Shown here piece by piece: positions 44,601 through 59,600 of a DNA stretch of 64,000 nucleotides; the stretch's first letter is position 1; every line of letters starts with the position of its first letter. Source of the stretch: Lytechinus pictus (taxonomy: Eukaryota); the NCBI RefSeq assembly GCF_037042905.1, contig NC_087263.1:8310001-8374000 (forward strand), in the 5' to 3' direction. The translations under genes and the position numbers were made by a program. Below the pieces are notes generated by a model that ran no database searches, had not been told where the DNA came from, and saw nothing but the letters and a program-made list of their open reading frames with translations.

Positions 44601-47600
44601 TTTGAGCCTTGTTCAGACGGGACAGCATGTAGTTGGTAAGTTGAATAATCTGAATCCCATATAGCATTCTTGGTATGCAGAACATTTTCCAAAGATGAGT
44701 ACATATTGGTGGCAGCAGGCGTAGAGTTCCTTGCTTGCTCCACTGAGAGAGAAGAAGGTGTTATATCCCTTTGAAATGATGTCATTGGTGTGGTCAATAT
44801 TACAATTGCTTTTTACTATGCCAAGGTGTGGGTGCTCTCTGCTTTCCTTGATCGTCATTCCTCCCATTCTCCACTCGAATGAACTTACACTAGTTGATGC
44901 TTTTTTGTTTATTACTACTACGGCACTTTTTTGTGGATTAATTTTATATCTCCAAGCACAGGAATAAGAGAAGGTGAGGTCTAGCATTGATTGGAGTTCT
45001 CGGGGGCATGTACTGATTAGAGCAACGTCATCTGCTAGTACTATCACTCCCATGTAGCAACCATTAATAGAGCATCCAAGATAATCGTTCCTTAGTGATT
45101 TGATCAGGCCATCGATGAAGACTGTATCTAGGGTGGGAGAGAGCACACTTCCCTGTTTTACACATTGAAGGATATGAAAAGGAGAGCTGACTTTTCCTTC
45201 CCACATGACTCTACTGGTACTACCGTTGTAGAACTCTTCCAGTGTAGATAACAGGGATTCATGGAGGCCTAGGTTTTTGAAGCTTAGAAAATAGGCTTTT
45301 ATGCCAAACGATGTCAAATGCTTTCTGTGCGTCAAGAAGAGCAAGATATTTTGTACATTTCTTGGCAGAGTTCAATTGGATTATTAATTCCAGTGAAGAT
45401 GCAGTAAGGAGGCAAGATTTGCCTTTCTGGAATCTAAATTGTAACTGGTCTGGGAATAATTTATTGCGAGTGGAATTTCTAATTGAGATTTGATGAGCAT
45501 TTCCAAAACTTTACCAGTTGTTGAAGAAACTGTTATGCCTCGGTAGTTAGAAGGATCTTTTACATCTTTACCCTTTCCTTTGTGAACTGGGACTATAAGG
45601 CCGGACTTCAAAGGTCAGGAATATACTTTAGGGATATACATCGATTGAAGAGGGCGAGAAGTAATTTCCGAGCTATTGGGCCAAGATATACAAGATGCTC
45701 AGGAGATATATTATCAGGTCCGGCAGCTTTTTGTTTCTTGAGAGAGTTAATAGTTTCATCTAGATGTTTTGAAGTAAAGGGTTGAACTGGTTGATTCAAA
45801 TTGTCCTGGAACGGGCGAGTGGGGATGGCTTCATCCATTTCAGGCGGAGAAGAGGCACTCATATAATCCGGTTTAGCAAGATCTGAGAAATATGATTTGA
45901 AGCCATCTAAAACTGCCTCTTCTTCATACGTTGTACCCCTATAAGACAGTGTATCAGTGGACCGAGATCATTTAGCGTGTTTGACAAGCCGATAGAAGAG
46001 TTTATCATTGCCACCTTTAGCATCCTCAATTTCTGAAAGGAGATTATTGTGATACATCCGCCGTGCTTGCCTGATGCTACTTCTAAATAGACGTTTTGTA
46101 TATACATGCTTGATCCAGAGAGGGTCCTTGCCTTTTGGTTTTCCGCTGGCCCTCCAGAAACGCAAATAATATTGAGATTGTTTATAACATGCCTCTACCT
46201 TTTTGGTCCACTCTCTTTTCCCTTTCCTTTTTCTTTTCTGACGGCCCTTCTAGTGTGGTAGAGTTAGTGATACTTTCAACATTTCTTCGCTAAGTTGATC
46301 AAGCAGCAAGTCGATTTGAGTCGGATCCAAACACATTTCAGGAAGATTATAGAAAAGGTTCTTTGATATTTGTTCCATAGGAAGAGTATAGAGAAGGTGC
46401 AGCTGGTCAGCACTGCACTGATGCCAAGATATCTTAGGACGAAGTATACACTTTCCAGATCCTTCAGCTATGCGATCAGGTATATCATGATCTACTTGAT
46501 AATTGGCTAAAAGAGGTAGTGAAAATGTCCTTTTAACCGTTCCATCGGTATGTCATATCCGTTGCACACACTTGCGCAATAAGCGCGTAAATGAAAGAAA
46601 ATTGTCTATAACTTTGGATCACATTGCGCGGATATTTATGGTATCCGCAATCACCACAGAAAGCAAAATTTTGCATGCAATCAAGTGGGGATCTCAGCCA
46701 AAGTTTGCTGTGCCCGTCGGTAAGGGGCGGGTCAGGGGGTAACGGGCAGAAATCTTGTTAACTGTGCCCGTTGCCCTTGGTTACCACCTTAGTTTGTTGT
46801 TTTGCAGGCATGGTCGTTTATATGACCTCAGTTTTGACCAATCAGAGGAACGGATTTTTCGACATTCTTAAAGAGAGGTTTATAACATTACATATAGACC
46901 AAATGGATAAGCCTTTAATGGAAACATATGCTTGCAGTTTTTGGGCACTGAAACAATTTTTTTTTTGTAGTTGTACCACTGATGCATTCGTCGTTATTGC
47001 ACCAGGCTAACATCCAACTGATTTCGTGAATATTCGTACTTGGAATAGTTGATTCAGCTATGCAGCTCATAAGCCGTGAAACGAAGAATGAGGACGGCCT
47101 ATTTTATTCCTGTTTTAAACTAACCTTTGTAGGGAATCATTTAACAAACAAGCAATGGTATTATAGAATGAACTATGAAAAGCACCCTGTTGTCATAATT
47201 ATCAATATTATTATCATCACAGTTCCATCCGTGTGTCCTGTTGGTTACTCTGGAATCAATTGCACTGAGTTCTGTAACTGTCCTGATCTGTCAGAATGCG
47301 AGAAGGATTCTGGGTTCTGTACATCATCAGAGGGACTATGTGAGGTTGGGTTTGTCGCTGAATCACCAGAAAAGCCAGACAGATGTGCTACATGTAAGCC
47401 ATTTCTACATTTTATGTATGACTAAATGATAATGCATATATTATGATAGAAACTGTAGTCAGCATTAAATCTAGGAGGATAATGCGATTCAAATAGTACC
47501 GTCCAGCAGCTGTCTATTCAAGGTGCATTGTACACTCTCCAGCATTAGCTACAACAAATCAAGGGTTCCATGAAAGTTACAATTGCTTGGTCAAGTTAGC

Positions 47601-50600
47601 AAAATGGTAACTTTTTATGAAATGGGGCCCTAGAATGAGTCCGGTACAATTGGGTACTTGGGTGCAGTGGCTGTGATCCGAATTCCCGACCCTCTGTTTC
47701 AAAGGCAAAAATCAAAACATCAGACCTTCTTTCGCATAAGAGAAGATGCATGTTTCACGATCACAATATAGAATATTGGTGGATCAATCTTATTATTTAT
47801 CCAACTCCCACAATGTCAGACGTTGAAAATTACAGGCTGACACAATGCAAATGCAATAAATCACATTATGAATTGATAGAACAATATATCGAATTCTGTA
47901 TTAGAGTAATTTACAGCATAGACAATTAAGTATTTATTATGCTCTTAATTAATCTAGTGTTATTATCATCATCATCATTATTATTAATATAATTATCAGC
48001 TACTATGAACTATGCTTACATCTTGTAGTTGTTGGGTGTTTTGAGTCCTGTTCTAAGACATGCCATTGTGCTGCTACCGTCACGTGTGACGAGTCGGGTT
48101 CGTGCACTTCATGTCATCCACGATGGTCGGGAGGCAATTGCCAAACAGGTAAGTATGGAAGGGCTATTTTAATTCGTTACTTCTAAGAAATGACCACGAA
48201 TCGCCCGCAGTCAATGATGTTCTATCTTTCCCTCACCTCAGCCTGATAGTATATGAAAAGCACAAATAAGTGTACTTTTTAGAGATTTTTTTTGAGATAA
48301 ACTCTATCAAAAGAGCAAGTCCTCAAGATTAAATTAGCATAAAAAAACAATAGTACCAAACTGCTTAACCACATGATAGTCCGTAGGAGAACGTCACCGA
48401 CAGTTCGTGTTCGGGATGGAGCAGTAATGACAGTCTCAGTCCCTCAAATAATTGAAATATAATAGATTCCAAAGTTTTTAATCCGCTTGAGTTAGTTAAA
48501 GAGTACACAATATCCCGTTCCTTAATTATGGATTATGCAAACAACATTTTACTAGCAGGATATGCTGCATTTTGCATCGCCGTTATACAGTTCTTGAGAC
48601 GTAATTGTCATGAACCCAGAATTAAAACATCACTTTTTCTGCTCCACACTTTTTTTATGAAGATCGTTTTACCGCTACTAGAGAAAAGACGAACCCAGGC
48701 ACTGCAATCATTTCCTGCACATTCGCTACCAATTCAGATGGTGGTCTCTCCATGAGAGCTGCTATTGGGGACTTCGCAACTGAAAACTTCTTTACTGCTA
48801 CTCCTACTGACACAAGCGACGGATCATCGTTGCGATCTAATTTTACACTTTCCATCGATGACATAGAAACTAAAACAATTTACTGTTGCGTTGGCAATTC
48901 AGCCAGTGACGATGGATTTGCTTATGTCAGCGTGCCCCCTCAGAGGACATTCGGTAGGTCTTTTGGTGAGGAATAAATAATCTAAGAACACCCTAAGATC
49001 TTTAAGTATACCTTAATGTAGCTGACCATTCTCTACCAAGCGAAAATACTAAAGGCCAAAGGTATTCACGATACGAGATTTGTTGTGAGAAAGGTTTTAA
49101 TATTTAAAATTGATGCTCCGAACTGAAAATATTTTAATCTAAATAAATAGAATAAAGTTCACAGAGCAAAATTATAAAAACTTCATCAAAATCGGAAAAC
49201 AAATAACGAAGTTATTCAGTTTTAAAGTTTAGCAATATTTTGTGAAAACGGTTATATGCAAGTCGTCATGAATATTCAGTAGGTGAAGTCACATCTCCAC
49301 ATTCATTTTGCTTATGTTACTACATGAAATCATAATTGTTACATTTTGTCATTAATGTATAAATGATATTTCTCCATTTCGTTAAAATAAGTTGCAGCAA
49401 TAAATAACTAATGCACTTAATCAGTTGTCAATCCAATTATTTTAGAATTTTAGAATATTTTTTTTTTAATAAACCGTATTTCATGTAACAAAATACGAAA
49501 GAACAAGTAGGGATATGACATCATCAGCCCACCTACTGAATATTCATGAAGACATGCCTAGAACTGTTTCACCGGATTAATTACAATCTTCAATAACTTC
49601 GTTACTTGTTATGGTATTTTGATTAATTTTTCAGCATTTTGCTTTGTGAATTTTACTCTATTTATTGAAATATAAATAACTTCAGCCTGAAGCACCCCTT
49701 TAAAGATTTGCGGATAAACCTTTTTTATCATTGAAATATTTTTAAGATTGCCCGTTTGTATCCAAGAGCCATATCCACAATGCTCAAAAGGACAAGCTTT
49801 TTATGAAGAAAGAATATATATAAATTACTATGGTTTTCATTATAATGTTTCATAAGGAATCTATACATCATAGAAACATGTGGTATACGTTGTATTTGGT
49901 ATTAATTTGTCATTATATGGTGGGAAAGGTTTTAAGCAAAGGGCTAAAGGCCATTGCAAATCGTATTTGGTCTTGGCCGGGGAACACACCCATTCCAGTA
50001 CATGGTGCAGAAACTTTAAGGAATGGACCGTTCATTAACCTCTTCTAAAGTGTTCCGTGCAGCAATCATTCGCCTTGCCTTGGTGCCAAAAAAGATAATA
50101 GGTAATGCTTTTATAACGGAAACATATTTCGAACCATTGATAATGTTTCAGGTAAGGCTTCCCTGGGCCGAATCGGGTGTTAGGAGGCCTAGATTTCATC
50201 CTTCTTGTCCATAAAAGAAAATTCCTTCCATTTGTGTGAAAAATGTTTGAACTACTTTTTGTCCTTTTCAGTTCTTCCGGTCTTTAACAGCCAGCCAAGG
50301 TTAGCAGAGCTAGGTTACAAATATTCGGTTATTGCATGGGATTCTTGGAGCCCTGGCGTTGATGTTGGAGACGGCCCTGTCATCGGCTATAAAGTATACG
50401 TTTCTTCTTCAGATGGGAACAATACAAACACCTTTATAACGGCATCAGGTGTTCCATCGGAAAGGCCAGGATCTGTGGCTTCAAGGAAAAGAAGAGGGTA
50501 TGAAGGATCGATGAAATCTTCCTATGAAGTGTTTACAACGGCGAGGAAAGAACGAGACGGAAGGCAGATGAAACACCTTCGGGTGGAATACTTACCCAGG

Positions 50601-53600
50601 GATTCTTCTCGGAAAAAGAGGCAAGGAGATATAAAAATCCTGATGCACAATATCACTGGTCTGGACGAGGGTCAGTCGTATGAAATTCGTATTTCAGCAG
50701 TTCGTGAGGGGCTGAACGGTGAAGGAGAAATGGGTCCTGCTTTGAGTGTGACCCCTCGCGAGATACCTGTAGGTGAGTCCATGATGAAGATGATATTTTA
50801 GTCATGTATGTTGTGTTTGTGCGTGTGTGGGTGTTGGCACGCGCATTCGCTGCAGCATACGAGGATTTTTTTCCTTACGAATTGGCTGTTTATCGGATGT
50901 GTGTAAACTTTCATAGTGTTTGATTCTCTTTTTTTTTGTTATTGTTGAACAAGATTTCATTTGATTGAGCTCTTATAAACTGTCTTCTTTGACTGTGAAA
51001 ACAGATTCGATTTGAAATTCTTTGAGATCGGAATAATAAATCAATCTTTACGATTCAAATTAACCCCAGAGTTCAAATGATCACTTACCAAAGTCGATCT
51101 TGTTTCAGTTTATGGGGATTGAAATGAATAATTCAACTGCTATTAATGCATTCGGGGTTGTTGGGTATTGACGCAACAACAAAATCGAGTTTTTTTATTG
51201 ATGGTTCCATGATATTTTTTCCGGCGACAATTGCTCTGCTGTAAATTCAACACACTAATGACTAAATTCAACTTTTGATTCAACACTTTAAAGACACATA
51301 AACATGATAAACCTAACCCTAAACATAGCTAACCCATATTGCACGCCTAAGCCTACCCCTATATCATAGACAAAATAAAGCCCGAGCGATTGTCGCCGGA
51401 ATATTAATGTCGTGTCACCTTAATGGATACGTATATACCTTCCTGATAATATAAATCCTTGTTTTCAATAGAACCGCCAATTGGTTCTTCTACTATTGGT
51501 CCTATCGTTGGTGGCGCTATAGGTGGAATAATCATCATTCTGTTGATTGCTGGCCTGGTGATCATAATAAAAAAAAAAAGGTAATCGATGTGTCTCGACT
51601 GTTTATATTCCCTTAAAATCAGCCATAAATCATTCTAAAACATATTAAAATAAAACACAATACGGACAACGTGACAAACGTAACTAATACCAAACACCCT
51701 CTATGTTTAAAGAGATATTCAAAGTGTTCTGCAATTTTTATCTAAGGTTTTTACAGTTGACCATGTGCAAAGATATTGCTCGGCTTGGTATGGACGAATT
51801 ACGATCACTTGATTATTTTAAGGAAGAGGGGTTTGCTTATCTTCGGATGATTATCATAATGATAAAATTGGATATCAAAGAATGTTGTGTTAGCAGTTGT
51901 AGTACGATAATTGAAATGAATGAATTGTTACACGGATTATATTTTTACTTAAAGAACGACGTCTACCCCGAAAAAGGGTATAGATGAACAAAAGAGGAAA
52001 ATCCAAAGGAGTATAGCATTGAAAATACCATCAAGACCGAATGTCAAATTAGGAATGTATATGACAATACGCAGTTCTGCTTCTGTTAAAATAACAGTTA
52101 TATGGACGAGAAGGTGTCAAGAAAATGACGTCTATAAGGTTGTACTCACTATTCTATTGAATGTTATTGTGCGAAACATACAATTATGCTGATCTAACAA
52201 TAAGGAAACTTAATTGTTACATAAATGTCCATTTCAAATTCTTAGGGTGGAATCCAATTTTTTTCCCCCACAATAATGACAAAATTAAAATGAGCGAAAT
52301 TATAAATTGCCATAGCTCTCCTTGTCTACATCCAAACGTGATGAATTGTCTCCTTACGTTCCTATGAACATTCTGTTGGGATGAATCTCATGTCATGCTT
52401 GCCATGCTGTGAGTGTAATGCACCTGTTATTTCTTATTTTTATGCGGTCTATTTTTATTATTACTTGTTTTACTTTGATCTAGGGATCGACCCGAAGAAG
52501 TTTCAAAACCTGTGACTTACAAAAACGATGGATTTATCGAAGGCATTTCCACTGGTAAGATAACGCCGAGTCAGCTGTTGTTGAAATGTTGGGCAATTTC
52601 TATTAAGCATCGGTACACCTCACTTTAATATCCCAAACAAATCCCTCCAACTCTGTGTAAAATTACCAATTTCGCTTTTTAAAGTTGCACTGTTTGGTCC
52701 TAAGATGAATGATATACAGGTAGTTTTGTTTCTTGAATACAGACCTATATTACTTGCACTAGGTACAAAATTTAACATGAGGTAAAAGTGAAAATGTCCT
52801 GACCAGACAGCCATTTGTGTTTTCTCTGTTAATAGCTTGTAATGCTGTTTTCATGTTCTTGGTTCGTTATTAGGTCACGAGAGTAAAGCGCAATGACATA
52901 TTGCCGGCCGGGTGTCGACGGCTGTTTTCCCCCAAAGTTGGGATGCAATCAGAGGATGCAATTATTTGGGGTTGTGCTTGCCTAACAATGCAACAAACGT
53001 CAGAAAAAGATCGCCAAACTCTTTAATGAAGTACTCTGATTGCATTAAGCTTCAGGGTCTAACCGCCGGGCACTAGCATCTGAACTGGCGTGTGTGTGTG
53101 ATCTCCCATTTAAAAGCATTTATTTTCATGCGATAATTACTTCCTCGTAATAACGCGGTGGTTCAATTTTCCAACGTTTGTCATTTCCATTCCAATCCCT
53201 TATACGAGATAAAGGCCAAGAAACAGACCAACCATCTCAGCGGTATGAAAACCTGGGGCGTCGGAAACCGATGGAACCTTCAAACCAAATTATTATGCCC
53301 GACCTACCAACTAGGCCTACTCCTTTAGACGAGGGTCACAAGCCTACACGAATTACAGTAGAGGAGTCTTCAAAGGATCGCCGCCTCATACCTGTCTCAA
53401 AGTTCGCCACTTTTGTTGAGAATAATAGGCACACTGACACATTCTATAAGGATTTCCTTGTGAGCAATTAGGAAGTTTTCGCACTACGACGTAGAACAAA
53501 TTTAAGAACACAGCACATGCATTGAAAAATCCCCATTAACTCACAAATTGGGGAACAGGTAAAGCATTTTTGTCGTAAGTTTCGGAGCTGACGAAAAACC

Positions 53601-56600
53601 GCAAACGTGTCGTTTGTCCAGAGTGGTCTGTTGTTTGATTTGTAAATTTAATTTTCGACGAAGCTCTTTGTCATGAAGGGCAATTGATAATAAATCTTTT
53701 AATGTTCTTGAAAGCGTTTGTCGTCTTAGTTCGAAAACTCCCTATTATTATTGTAATCCTGGCAACTCGCCATACATTTTGAACGTCTTCAAAATTCTCC
53801 AAAACATGTAATTTGTAGTTGTACTAACGATTATGTGTGTAATTCCTCCGCTGGTCATGTTGTTATTTGAGGTATAAGGACCTCAATGGAAATAAGCCAT
53901 TCAGGCTTTCATAAAAATCATAAATAAATTGAAATAAATAACTCAATTGGTTACACCATGTGGCAATTCCTGAAATATATTCGCGAAAGCCCAATCTTAA
54001 CGGTTCGCGCTACAGTGGGGATGAGGTATTAGGCTATAATGATAAAAGTAGAGACATTAATTTGATATGTGTGAACTTAAGAACTTGAATCTTTGAAAAG
54101 CATATACGTACTAACATATACGAACTAGTTAATTTTAGTTATGGCCATGGTAGAAGTTTATTACACGTGAAAGGAAATTATAAAAGGGGCAATCTATCTG
54201 ACTTTTAACTATTTTCACTCCAACTAATTTTTGCTCACGATCTATCTGATTTCATTCAGCTGGAAAATACAGGTGGAGAAATAAGTATTAAAAAATTGTC
54301 GAAATATATTTTGAAACCATGATAACTTTCAAAATTGTTATTTTCTCATTTTAATTGTAATTTTAGAAGTTGGCAAACGTTTGTCCTGGTCCTCCAGCCT
54401 CGATGATAAGAACTGCGTTGAAGAACGAAAACCGGTCAAAGAGTCGAAACACGAACAACCATCCACGTAATTAAAATTAATATCAATGTGTGGTTTTCAT
54501 GAATACCTTTGTTAACTTGTTTCAAGATGGTAAGAATACTATCAGCAACAGGGCTTGGTCCTGCGAAGTGGGGGTGTTAGGGTGCTGAAGCATCCCCAAG
54601 ATTAGTCTGGGGGTGTTGAGTGCTTGTCAATATCATAGGCAGTACCTTCTGTTAATTAAGTAGGATATGCTAAGTAGAAATAACCAAAATATCTCTCATT
54701 TTGAAGTTGAAACCTTTCATTTTGGCTTTTTGTTTTGTTTTTTGCGGTGCCAATTTACTTTAGGGACAGTTTTTAGTTTGCTTCTCAAATATTCTTCAAA
54801 ATCAGCAATCCCTAGATAAAAATCTTTCCAGAACCTGCTGCATGACTAGTTTGTAAGCAAGTCCGTATAAAGATAAAATACATTAGCAAACAAAAAATAA
54901 GATAGCACATTTATTTAAGGTTGGATAATTAAAGACAAGGAAAGAAATATTATAAACGTGACAGCTTTAACACGTAGCACTCTCATTGATTGCCTGTATT
55001 TAATGTCATTTGGTGTTCACTATAACTTTATGGTTTTATTCCCATTAACATCAGTTTCTTGGCAAATTAATTTTTGCTCAATAATATCGATATCCTTTCT
55101 TTTACCCTCATATTGACAAACTTCCAGTGGATAGGAACAGAGTCATCCTAGAGTCTGTGGGCTCTTTAGATTCAGATTTCATCGATGCCAGCTACGTCAA
55201 GGTGAGTTTAATTATTCAAATCGGGAGATTTCGGATGAAGGTAGTTAAGAGGACAGCAGCAGGGAAAAAACAACGTTATACACAAAATCTTATCTCAACA
55301 TAAGATTTCTACGTTCCATCGATTACGCCTAGTCGTGGTTTCAACATGAATAGTTTCACATTTGGAGCCATGTTTTTTTTTCGACGTAATTTAAGCACCA
55401 CCGTTATTTGTCAAAGTGCTATGCTGTTAGGCGAATGTAAGAGACATTATTTCCCCCAAGGAACTACATCATCATGATGGAATAAGCATAAACCCATCAA
55501 ATATAAATGGAAAAACTTAGGCATGCAACCCTCATGGTCGTCAAACGTCACCATTTTTCAAAGATGAGAATGTTCTAGAAGTATGCACTGAACTCATTTA
55601 AGTTATTGTTTAAATTAATGTAGATATCATATCGAACTATTTATTGAAGTAAGATTCGTCTTATACCCCCCTGAGCTTGACCCTAATATGAGATGTTAAC
55701 ATTTTATCCTACAAGAAAACATAAGGAAACATGCAATAGTCTAGGAAGATCAGAGACAATATATCAATGGCTCTGAATAGAGTGATCTATCTGTATCTTT
55801 TTAAGTGCAGTATTCTTGATAGTTCGTACATTGTAATTTGTTGTGATTTTCATACGGTATTAAATCCAAAACAAACCATCACGAAATCTTTAGGAATACA
55901 TTCTGCGTGGGTGTGGGCGGAATGGTGTTATGTATGTGTAACATAGCTACGCTGTAACAGTTCAACTTTATAATCATTTGACATTTAACTTGCTTAATAT
56001 TTTTCCCAACCATATGTTGTATAGGGGATCCGATACAGGTTTATAACTACACAGATGCCTATGCCTAACACAGTCGCCGATTTCTGGGACGTGGTATTTT
56101 ACAACCAACCAACTGTTATCATCATGCTTAACGATGATGACAGACGTAACAAGGTGAGTGGCCTCCTGGAAAGAACATATTGTCCACAATGCATCCGGAG
56201 GTGCGTTCACATTGTGTCCACAATGTGTCCACAGTGTAACTAAAAGTGTGTTCAGAGTGTGGAACAAAATATGAAATCATTTTCATACTGGTCAAAACCC
56301 TCACGTTTCACATTGTGAATCTCACGGTGCTACTTTATGAACTTACAGTACAAAGTATCAGTAGGGGGAAGTGGGGTAATGACGAACACCTTTCTGATCA
56401 GAGCGATAGCAAGAATCAAAGTGAGCCTTATTCCAAAACTAGTACATAATTTGATAAAAACACACCATATATTGACTGTAACAACGTCTTTATTCAACAT
56501 CAAGCTTTCCTTTAGAATTTATAGTACAAAACGCAGATTTTCGGGATTACCCCGCACTTCCGGGCCACAGGGTAATCGCGAACGCCATTCGTGGAAACAT

Positions 56601-59600
56601 AAACAAGTAAAGATATGTTATTTGGATTCTTTTCGATTATTCTTTAATCGGAAGAGACAAGTCAACAGATCTCTGCATGGGAAGTCAGACAACATTCTGT
56701 GTTACGGCTATTATATCGTGACAGCAGAACCTCACCTCTCCTAGGAGATATTGAGATGTCCGGGATTACCCCGCGTTCGGGATTACCCCACTCTTCATTC
56801 TTCAATGAAGGAAACGTAAAAAAGCGAAAATCTGTCATATGCATTTTCTCGATTATTCTTTAATCGGAAGAGACCAGTCAACAGATCCGTGCATAGGAAT
56901 TCAGACAACATTCTGTGTTTCAGCTATTACTGCCGTGACAGCAAAACCTCACCTCTCCTAAAGATATTACGGTGTTCGGGATTACCCCGCGTTCGGGATT
57001 ACCCAACTCTCCCCTACACACGCTCTTCGATTCCAAATTGAGAAAATTTATGATTTCAACGATGTGAAATATATCCCCACACGGTCCACTACGTAAACAT
57101 ACTGGGAACACACTGTACTCAGATTTTTTCAGCATGGATTATAGGCTCTTAACCGTGGAGAGCCTTAAGATTCTTTCACAAATACATATTTACATTTGAT
57201 ATTTACTTCGTCAAAATGATGATTATAGACCGTTACTAAATAATCTTATACGCTACTAAATATGATTCATGTTCTGATGTTGTGACTCAAAAAGAAATAG
57301 TTGTGGATTAACATTGATAACACCTGTAGAATCTTTGACTCTGTATGTAACAAAAATGAAAGTATATAGGCCTATTTATTACGGAGGTGGCCATTGGGTT
57401 AATGCTTGATTGTTTTAGGAAAAAACTTACAAGACAATCCTGGTGTTTGTTTAACACCATGTGGTGTTATAACGGCACTGTTGGTGGAGTCTTGAGTGTT
57501 GTTTTAAAAATCCCATTGAATAATTTTATTACCTTGGGTATTTTATTACCTTAGGTTTTATTCGTCGAGAAGCATCTCAAATAATGTATGTTACTTGCTA
57601 CATTTATCATTTTATTATGATGATCGAGATTGGCTTTTTTCAAATTAACGGTAGAGAAGAAGTTTGATGACTGTATCGATAATTAAAGTCGGTCGATATG
57701 TAAGTTATTACTCAATTAAATTTAACTTACATGTATGCCTATCCTAATCCCTTTAGAGTTTTGCCCAATACTGGTTGGACAATGGTGTTGCCATTTTCGG
57801 ATCCTTTTCTATCACTACGGTGTCTGTCTCTGAGAACGAAGGACTGATAGAGAGGGAGATGCAAGTTACTAGAAATAATTCAAAGGTATACCATTCTTCT
57901 ACATCTCAAGTTTATAAAATCTCATTTAAGAAATTGAAATATTTGTTTACCTATAGCTCCTTTTCAATTTAAATGCATTTTTGGTTCCCGTTTTAAAAAT
58001 ACGTCTTATTTCATGTTACAATTAGATATTAGCCAATCTAATTAAATTATTTCAGAAGCTTTAAATTGTTATTACAAATTCGTTATTATGACTCTTTTAT
58101 GAAACGGATCCAAGATTATGGGCACTTGCTTATTATTTAAAAGGGGAATATGTCCAAACTGGTTGGGTTATGGATGAATTCAGAGCACTCTAAAGAATAT
58201 ATACACATAGCTCGCATGAAGCGTTATGGTTTGGATCGGGTTCTTGAAAATATGTTGGAAGAACCTGGAAGTAAACCATGTTCTGGATTTTGAAGAATAG
58301 GTTTGGACCCTTTAAGCGGGAGTTTCAAATTAAAAATTCACAATAATAAAACACATACAAAATAATTGATCAAATAACAAATGTGACATTTAGTAAATTG
58401 AAATAAGTTATGTAAATTTACATAAACAAGTGCAAATAGTCAGAATGTAGGGGCCAGTAATCGTATGCGAATTGGTCGAGTACATCGTACTCGACATTGT
58501 ACAATATAAGTTGATGAATGCCATTGACACATTTTATTCTTAAAATCGAGTCGTGTGGAAATTTGTTTGATGAAGTAACATTTGTTACGATATAAGAGGA
58601 ACTGCAAAAAATAAGTTAATTTAATTAGGCTATTTCCATTTTTATTACAATAAATAAAAGAAAGAATCACAAAGTTGCTTACATAAACTCCCGTTGTAAG
58701 GTATAGACAGTTCTGATTAATCCAAAATATGAGAGACCTAAAAGTCCAAATAATGATCCAAATTGGCTGGCAAAGAGTTCTTAAGTCAAAGCCCATATGC
58801 TGGTGATGATGTAATTGGTGCTGAGTTGCGATGGGCAATCATAGTCACTGAGCTAAAATATCCTTGAACACAGCCGATTTCAGCAATCCATGAGTTAAAA
58901 AATGTTCTGTCGAACATTTTGATGTTCTTGGTGAGAACTGAGAATTCCTCTCAAAACATTTGCAAATAGTATCTTCATGATGCGAAAAGCGTTAAACAGA
59001 AGTTAATATGTTATTCCGCCATTAAATGAAATGCTGTAAGACAACTTATCGAGACATTCTAGAATATTCCAGTGTATTAAAAACACAGCAGTTCTTTACA
59101 TGCAATTCCTTTTATTAAAACAAATGATAATTTCTCATCTGCAAACTCTCTTAGGGGTTGTGAATAACCAAATGATTATAATAATTATCATACAATTATT
59201 CGTGTATGTAACATTTTTTGAGTGCCAATTTTTCCAGATGAATCAAATAGTACCTTAAAAATTTACAGATAACATGAATATGTTTTAATACTCATTCTAG
59301 GCTCGTCATGTAGTGAAGCAGTATCAGTTCTTACACTGGCCAAATGAGGCCGAGCAGCAAGCGAATCGAGCTCGTCAACTAATCAATCTGATGACAAAAG
59401 TTCAGGAAACTTTAGAACGATCCCGAGAAGGGTTCCCAGTACTTGTTCATTGCATGTGAGTAATGGAGATCAACCATGCCTGTGCATCGTTGTAATACGA
59501 TTGTATTCCTAGTTCCCCAAAAGTGTTCACCAGTGTATCTTCTTTCCCTGCACTTTACACTATTGGGATGTGATGATTTTACCGTAATATCAATTGAGTG

